A stretch of DNA of 64,000 bases from Octopus bimaculoides. Taxonomy: Eukaryota. This document shows positions 59,101 through 64,000 of this stretch, piece after piece; within the stretch, counting starts at the first letter, position 1; each line of letters begins with the position of its first letter. The notes beneath the pieces are model-generated. The model was given only the letters and a program-made list of their open reading frames with translations, ran no database searches and had not been told where the DNA came from. The stretch lies in the NCBI RefSeq assembly GCF_001194135.2, contig NC_068997.1, forward strand, positions 45,958,498 to 46,022,497, given 5' to 3'. The position numbers and the translations under genes were made by a program.

Positions 59101-61994
59101 GTCATTAAGAAGACACCTCCAGCACTTTGAATCCCTCTCTCTTCTTAGCAACTATCAGTAAGGCTTTCATAAATGTGAGATACATAACAACACATACAAG
59201 GTTGCTGTTGGTATTTTGAATATAAGTACTAATGAGTAATTACTATCATTAATTCAATAATAAAAAACATTATGTGAAAATGAAGAAGAAAATTTCATTC
59301 AACATACTGTGCCGTACTGGCTACAAAGCCTTTTCAGCTCATCCAAACAGGTCTTTGAAGTAAAACCTGTGATCCTCAAATTCCAACGGTGGTTCCGAGC
59401 TATTAAATGCAGAAAAAACACTCGACAATTATATATACATATATATACGCACACACACACATACATACATACAGGGTGTCCCTAAAGTCTGGACACATAG
59501 GCAAAATGTATATTTTCACAAAATACACATAAAATTTTCAACAATATTTTATACAATTGGAAGATTAACAAATAACATCTTCAATACGATTTCCACCATT
59601 TCTGATGCAAAAGGTTGATGCATTTTGCAAGATTTACGTGAACCCGATTAAATAACTCCACACTGCCATCAATCTGAGCACATTCACTCTTATATGCATT
59701 CCATCAAGTGGTGTTGCACCTGTGATTTTCAATCAGTACCTTTTCTCCCAGAAAAATTAAAAAAGAAGTCAAGGGGGCTAAGATCTGGTGAACAAGGAGA
59801 TCACTCCACAAGATTACATCTTCCAATCCAGTTAGGGAAATAGTCATTCAGCTAATCTCTTACCACTGTGGCAAATTGGAAGAGGTGTCATCTTGTTGGA
59901 ACCACCCAAAGTTCTTCACCTAGCTTTTTCAAAGTTGGGGCATTAACTGGTTTCTTAACATGGTGAGATAAGTCTCATCTGTTACACATTCACTGAAGAA
60001 AAAATGGCCCCAACACGAGATTTCCTAGTGTCCAGACTTTAGGGACACCCTATGTGTGTGTATTACACATATGAAATGAACCAATAAATATGCAACACAA
60101 CTCTTCTGCTTATATTCTTTTATTGGTTTCAGTCATTTGACTGCAGCCATGCTGGAGCACCGCCTTTAGTCAAACGAATCGACTCTCTTTGTAAGCCTAG
60201 CACTTATTCTATTGGTCTCTTTTGCTGAACTGCTAAGTTACAGGGACATAAACACATCAACATTGGTTGTCAAGCGATGGTGGGGGGAACAAACACAGAC
60301 ACATAAACATATATACATGACGGGCTTCTTTCAGTTTCCGTCTACCAAATCCACTCACAAGGCTTTGGCCGGCCCGAGGCTATAGTAGAAAACACTTGCC
60401 CAAGGTGCCAAGCAGTGGGACTGAACCCGGAACCGTATGGTTGGGAAGCAAGCTTCTTATTTCTTTATTGCCAACAAGGGGCTAAATATAGAGGGGACAA
60501 ACAAGGATAGACAAACGGATTAAGTTGATTACATCGACCCCAGTGTGTAACTGGTACTTAATTTATCGACCCCGAAAGGATGAAAGGCAAAGTTGACCTC
60601 GGCGGAATTTGAACTGAGAATGTAACGGCAAACGAAATACCGCTAAGCATTTCGCCCAGTGTGCTAACGTTTCTGCCAGCTTCTTACCACACAGCCACAC
60701 CTGCGCCTGTTCAAATTTCAAATATCTCAAACTGTTACAATAAGCTTAGAAAGTAAGAAAGAAAGAAATCCAAGAAAACATAGAAAACTTACGTTTGTCA
60801 ATGTCCGACTGATCCCTGCAACAATAAAACAAAATGTTTAGAAATATCAGAAAAATATTACGAATACTGAATGCTAAGAGACAGAATAGAAATGTTATTT
60901 CAACATTCAAATAAAATAGAATTAGAAACAAATTTATATTATACAACTTTACATCAAGATTCTCAATCTAAACAACCAGGCAGAGATATATTGAAGTTTA
61001 CAAATAAATAAGCAGTGTATATATACATATGAGTGTGTGTGTGTATATATGCATATATATAAAGGGTTAACAGTGAAAGCCCATGAGCGTCAGGCTCATA
61101 ACCATGAGGTAGTGAGTTCCGTTCCTGTACCGGACGGTGTGTTGTGTTCTTGAGCAAGACACTTTATTTCACGTTGGTCCAGTTTGCTGAGCTGTAGAAA
61201 TGAGTTGTGACATCATTGGTGCCTTCGGCCATGACTGACCATGGGATTGCACCTAGAAAGTTACCCTCCCAGGCACAAGTCCGGGCAAGGTTGTTTTATG
61301 GAAGACCAGCAGTCGCCCATGCATACCGGCCTCCCCTCTCCACACCACCAGTGTTATCCAAGGGAAAGGCAAATGGGCCGATACAGCTTGGCACATGATG
61401 TCGCAACCCATTTCTACAACTGAGTGAACTGGAGCAACGTGAAATAAAGTGTCTTGCTCATGAACACAACATACAGCCCGGTCTGGGATTCGAACTTACA
61501 ACCTCACGACCGTAAGCCTGACACTCTAACCACTGAGCCATGTGCCTTCACACACACACACTGAGAAGTACGATCATTTAACTAATAACATCTTTAAATC
61601 AAAGCAATGGGAAAGATGACAAGTGAACCAACCTTTTTGGCCTAACATGACCTTTCATTTTAGTTTGCTCTGTTTCCTTCTGAGCATTTTCTTCAATTAT
61701 TTTCTCCATTTCAATTCTGCCATTTGTTTCTTCATTTACCGTTGTGTCCATTTTCACATTATCTGTCTCGGATGCCATTAAATCAGCTTCTAGATCACTT
61801 TGTGTGTCATCAACATGTACAATCAGTGAAACATCTTTTTCACTCTGCTGATCGGGGGAAATATCCATATTGATTGTGTCTTTCAATGCAAATGGAGCTT
61901 CACATAGAACGCAGGTGGGTGTTGGAGATGAACTATCTGAGAGAGCTGTTTTGACCACAAATTTAAAATGGAGTTGAAATTTCACTTTTTTTTT
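45804..61994 (-). CDS. SAFB: Divergent SAFB/SLTM-like RRM protein, 5'-partial, 16 exons, 925 aa in window
   Basis: Exons 61633-61994, 60793-60815, 59308-59399, 57827-57976, 56328-56422, 54103-54198, 52424-52570, 51677-51823, 51276-51419, 50183-50329, 49872-50057, 49166-49297, 48373-48504, 47029-47163, 46722-46861, 45804-46453. All GT-AG, phases compatible, 2778 nt open. The RRM aligns by eye to SAFB NLWVSGL...DLKNLFSKYGK|VVGAKVV...MSTAEEATKCI..L..TELHGK.ISVEK, with the intron at the matching position (recalled, not database-checked). Confidence 0.68.
45975..46268 (-). repeat. 36-bp coding minisatellite, 8 units plus a stub
   Basis: Plus-strand unit approx. CCCTTCACTGTTAGTGGGTCCCTGGTTGTACCCCAT; encodes TNSEGMGYNQ(R/K/G/E)(P/S). 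Confidence 0.95.
46722..46861 (-). CDS. SAFB-like gene, Arg/Ser-rich penultimate exon
   Basis: IGFDARRDMGRSREPERSYIGPNREQDPDSRNTSSRNRRGQMRSSL; cag|...|gtaagt; phase 2 to 1. Confidence 0.8.
47029..47163 (-). CDS. Duplicated exon B2 (135 nt)
   Basis: ctgtcag|C YNEYGNTDYGRWVGQTERGMTSWEMGPSQDFQGRNDDWSRTDEN|gtaatt. Confidence 0.78.
48373..48504 (-). CDS. Duplicated exon A6 (132 nt)
   Basis: PEEMTHSMKRPRGDKDWNRPRRSRRSSYNNNAPRYEPPFQNES; tag|...|gtaagt. Confidence 0.8.
48700..48830 (-). mobile_element. LINE ORF2 linker fragment
   Basis: RPTVTWWWDKEVDSAIRAKRQAWKDWGNGGSK. Confidence 0.7.
49166..49297 (-). CDS. Duplicated exon A5 (132 nt)
   Basis: LRELIHSIQKSLNQRKQHDEPNQPSMSNYNNTSRFDLPFQNES; cag|...|gtaagc. 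Confidence 0.8.
49872..50057 (-). CDS. Duplicated exon B1 (186 nt)
   Basis: ctctcag|T GNEYKNTDYGKQVQSNE...QIEEKLK|gtaatt; phase 2-2. Confidence 0.72.
50183..50329 (-). CDS. Duplicated exon A4 (147 nt)
   Basis: LKDTIGFMQNLQDGSSPRKEALSAGPMGSIMRNFPILAALQLLLKSQF; tag|...|gtaagc. Confidence 0.78.
50747..51229. mobile_element. pogo/Tigger-like MITE, TA target duplication
   Basis: TA|CAGTAATCACTTGCCATATC...ATAGTCAAGGGATTACTG|TA, between exons A3 and A4. Confidence 0.75.
51276..51419 (-). CDS. Duplicated exon A3 (144 nt)
   Basis: LEGNTHSMHQPQDQSNPDGPTQSKRKRNRRNNSHIPSLFERSFRNQP; tag|...|gtaagc. Confidence 0.8.
51677..51823 (-). CDS. Duplicated exon A2 (147 nt)
   Basis: LQEITRSVKRPLDRGNPCKGEFSSGLTGSKERNSNILSIFELPSHNQS; tag|...|gtaagt. 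Confidence 0.8.
52424..52570 (-). CDS. Duplicated exon A1 (phase 2-2, 147 nt)
   Basis: tag|G LNEMRNAMEISNDPRDANKRKFSGGSMRSRMNSPHTPSIFQLPFQNQS|gtaagt. Confidence 0.8.
54103..54198 (-). CDS. SAFB-like gene exon (putative short coiled coil)
   Basis: ttttcag|G WEKMKIENLNLSKCEIGRQLLELNFLWTEVL|gtgagt; only the phase-2 frame is open. Confidence 0.65.
56328..56422 (-). CDS. SAFB-like gene, post-RRM exon
   Basis: KRWRHNSLWRKLELSQKQEESLRLFQLGEQL; phase 0 to 2; chosen on phase compatibility only. Confidence 0.5.
56790..57110 (+). mobile_element. DD37D/maT-like transposase C-terminus and right end
   Basis: DYYMWGTAEK...KNACTRF*SCLEAVV; ends CAAATTTAGCCTGATCACCCAG-TA. Confidence 0.7.
57388..57589. mobile_element. 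piggyBac-type MITE, TTAA target duplication
   Basis: TTAA|CCCTTTCG...CGAAAGGG|TTAA. Confidence 0.85.
57827..57976 (-). CDS. SAFB: SAFB-like gene, RRM C-half exon
   Basis: VLGGSISSKKQKSGVQYRASIGMSQPEEAEKCIAFLNQTKFEGHKIKVEK; cag|...|gtgagt; 150 nt. Confidence 0.85.
59308..59399 (-). CDS. SAFB: SAFB-like gene, RRM N-half exon
   Basis: RNHRWNLRITGFTSKTCLDELKRLCSQYGT; tag|...|gtatgt. Confidence 0.8.
59472..60052 (-). mobile_element. Internally deleted Tc1/mariner element, same TIR family as 34401
   Basis: TIRs CAGGGTGTCCCTAAAGTCTGGACAC; minus-strand remnant PCSPDLSPLDFF. Confidence 0.85.
60793..60815 (-). CDS. SAFB-like gene, 23-nt microexon
   Basis: ttgttgcag|GGATCAGTCGGACATTGACAAAC|gtaagt; DQSDIDK; phase 2 to 1, bridging the flanking exons exactly. 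Confidence 0.75.
61085..61551. mobile_element. Composite element: two convergent tRNA-like SINE heads flanking a unique core
   Basis: 75-nt block GTTGTGTTC..GACATCA is present in both orientations with 8 mismatches; the right arm has an intact A/B-box-like head. Confidence 0.75.
61633..61994 (-). CDS. SAFB-like gene, acidic exon (acceptor uncertain)
   Basis: ORF ...FALKDTINMDISPDQQSEKDVSLIVHVDDTQSDLEADLM...HVRPK; donor AAAAG|gttggt, phase 2; acceptor ctccag at 61995 (alternative cagcag at 61845). Confidence 0.7.
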
Positions 61995-62499
61995 CTGGAG
62001 GATGAAGATGACTGTTCAAACAATGCTACAGAAGGTAAATTCAAGAAAAAAGACAATTGACAGGAAATGAAAACTTGTTTAATCTTATTCATCAACAGAC
62101 TACGGTATTTAAATCAGGGGCTCTCAACCATTTTTTACTTATGGACCCCTTTGATAACTATTTTCTACAGTCGTATCCAAAAGTTTGGAACATTTTTTTA
62201 AAAACTGATATATTTATGCCCAAGTACAATTTGATTAAAAAATATACAACGTATACATTTGAGCAATTAATATAAAAATTCTAATTTTCAGACCGATGTT
62301 CCAAACTTTTGGCCAAGTAAGAATATACTGCAAATTTTTGTTTTTACACTATTATCATATTGCATTCACAGTATTTACTGTTTTACAAAATTAAATTAGA
62401 AAATTGGACAAAACAAAGAACACAAGTGAAAAAAATTAAAAAGAAAAAACCCAAAACAATTCACAACCTTTTGATGAAAAGTTGGGGGCACTGGAAAAA

Positions 62500-62880
62500 C
62501 CTCTCTAATGGCTATTGAGGCACGCCAGCACGCTTGCAGCGTTGTTGCGAGTGATGGCAAGGCTGATTTGCTGGAACAGCCAAGCGCCCTGACGAGCCTC
62601 ACCAGTTACCTCTGCAAGGTGGGTTGTCAGTGAAGACAAGAATCTCACAGTTAGTGATCTGACCTCCACCAAACATCTTAAATGCCACAGGATGGAAAAT
62701 GTAGTTGGCTGACAGATCGCACTATTTCAGGATTTTGTTCTGCTCGGCCACAGAAGCTGTGGATCTCGCCCTGACCACAGCATCCAAGATGTGAGAAGAA
62801 GCAAAGGAGTCGCTAACTATGACATCCCAGACAAGGTATCTGCTCTGCGACTAGGGGCACAGGGTGAGGCCATTAGGTCC
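62500..62880 (-). mobile_element. CRE-clade non-LTR retrotransposon 3' end (restriction-like endonuclease)
   Basis: PNGLTLCP*..YLVWDVIVSDSFASS...AEQNKILK*.DL..Y.F.PVAF; GAWLFQQISLAITRNNAASVL. Confidence 0.8.
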
Positions 62881-64000
62881 GCAGTGGGAATGAACCTGGA
62901 ACCATGTGGTTGGTAAGCAAGCTACTTACCACACAGCCACTCCTACGCCTATATGTAAATAAATATATATTTTTTTTTTATATACAACCATCCAGCATTC
63001 TGAACGCCTTTTTCTTTCATATGTATTAAATCTGTACATTGCCACCAATACTTCGAAGATATATATATGTATATACATACTCTTTTACTTGTTTCAGTCT
63101 TTTGACTGTGGCCATGCTGGAGCACCACCTTTAGTCGAGCAAATCGACCCCAAGACTTATTCTTTGGAAGCCTAGTACTTATTCTATCGGTCTCTTTTGC
63201 CAAACCGCTAAGTTACGGGGACATAAACACACCAGCATCGGTTGTCAAGCGATGTTGGGGGGGACAAACAGACATACAAACACACACACACATATATATA
63301 TACATATATACGACGGGCTTCTTTCAGTTTCCGCCTACCAAATCCACTCACAAGGCTTTGGTCGGTCCGAGGCTATAGTAGAAGACACTTGCCCAAGATG
63401 CCACGCAGTGGGACTGAACTCGGGACCATGTGGTTGGTAAGCAAGCTACTTACCACATAGCCACTCCTACGCCTATACATATATACTTTCATTTGACTGC
63501 GGCCATGCTGGAGCACCGCCTAGTATTTATTTTATCGGTCATTATGTCGAACCGCTACGTTACGGAGACAAGCACACCAACACCAATTGTCAAGCAGTGG
63601 TAGGGGACAAACAGATACAAAGACATATACACACACACATATATATACACGACAGGCTTCTTTCAGTTTATGTTTACGAAATCCACTTACAAGGCTTTGG
63701 GGTCAATATAAAGATCTTCACCTGTCATAAATTTCGGTAAAATGGGTATATATTGATTTTGGCAAACTTACGGTATTAGTACCGTTACTGTCAAACTTGT
63801 TTACATTTGAAGAAGATCGTCGCTCTCCGTAAAAATTTTAATTTTTTTATATATGTAGGGTAGAGGGGGTATCTTTTCAAGTGGACGTAAAAGCGAAATA
63901 GACGATCATCTTCACGAATGTAAATAAACACACGTGGTTTGTAACTAGCAGTTGTGTGTTCTTGTAATGAAAGATCACCATTTTTTTTTTTTTTTTTTTT

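Overview
Eukaryotic, AT-rich, repeat-dense scaffold with 10 N-gaps. Its SINE/LINE content points to an octopus (inference). I assembled three intron-containing minus-strand genes by hand from GT-AG boundaries with consistent reading-frame phase. (1) A complete 7-exon tektin-4 gene (42846->30737, 467 aa). (2) A 5'-partial SAFB/SLTM-like RRM gene (61994->45804, 16 exons, 925 aa in the window). It has a degenerate RRM, an array of tandemly duplicated symmetric phase-2 exons (six type A, two type B) and a terminal exon with eight 12-aa G/N/Q/S/Y repeats. (3) A 3'-partial apparent paralogue of (2) (ATG 24138, 7 mostly tiny exons, running off the left edge) with no SAP domain in the exons found. The rest is tRNA-derived SINEs, RTE, R4/Dong and CRE LINE relics, Tc1/mariner, pogo and piggyBac MITEs, Helitron and Sola-like relics, and microsatellites. 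No CRISPR array, rRNA or true tRNA gene was seen. The best leads are the cassette-exon array in the SAFB-like gene, the paralogue pair flanking TEKT4, and three intronic hairpins whose transition mismatches all form G-U pairs on the gene's sense strand. All gene models are manual predictions without transcript support.
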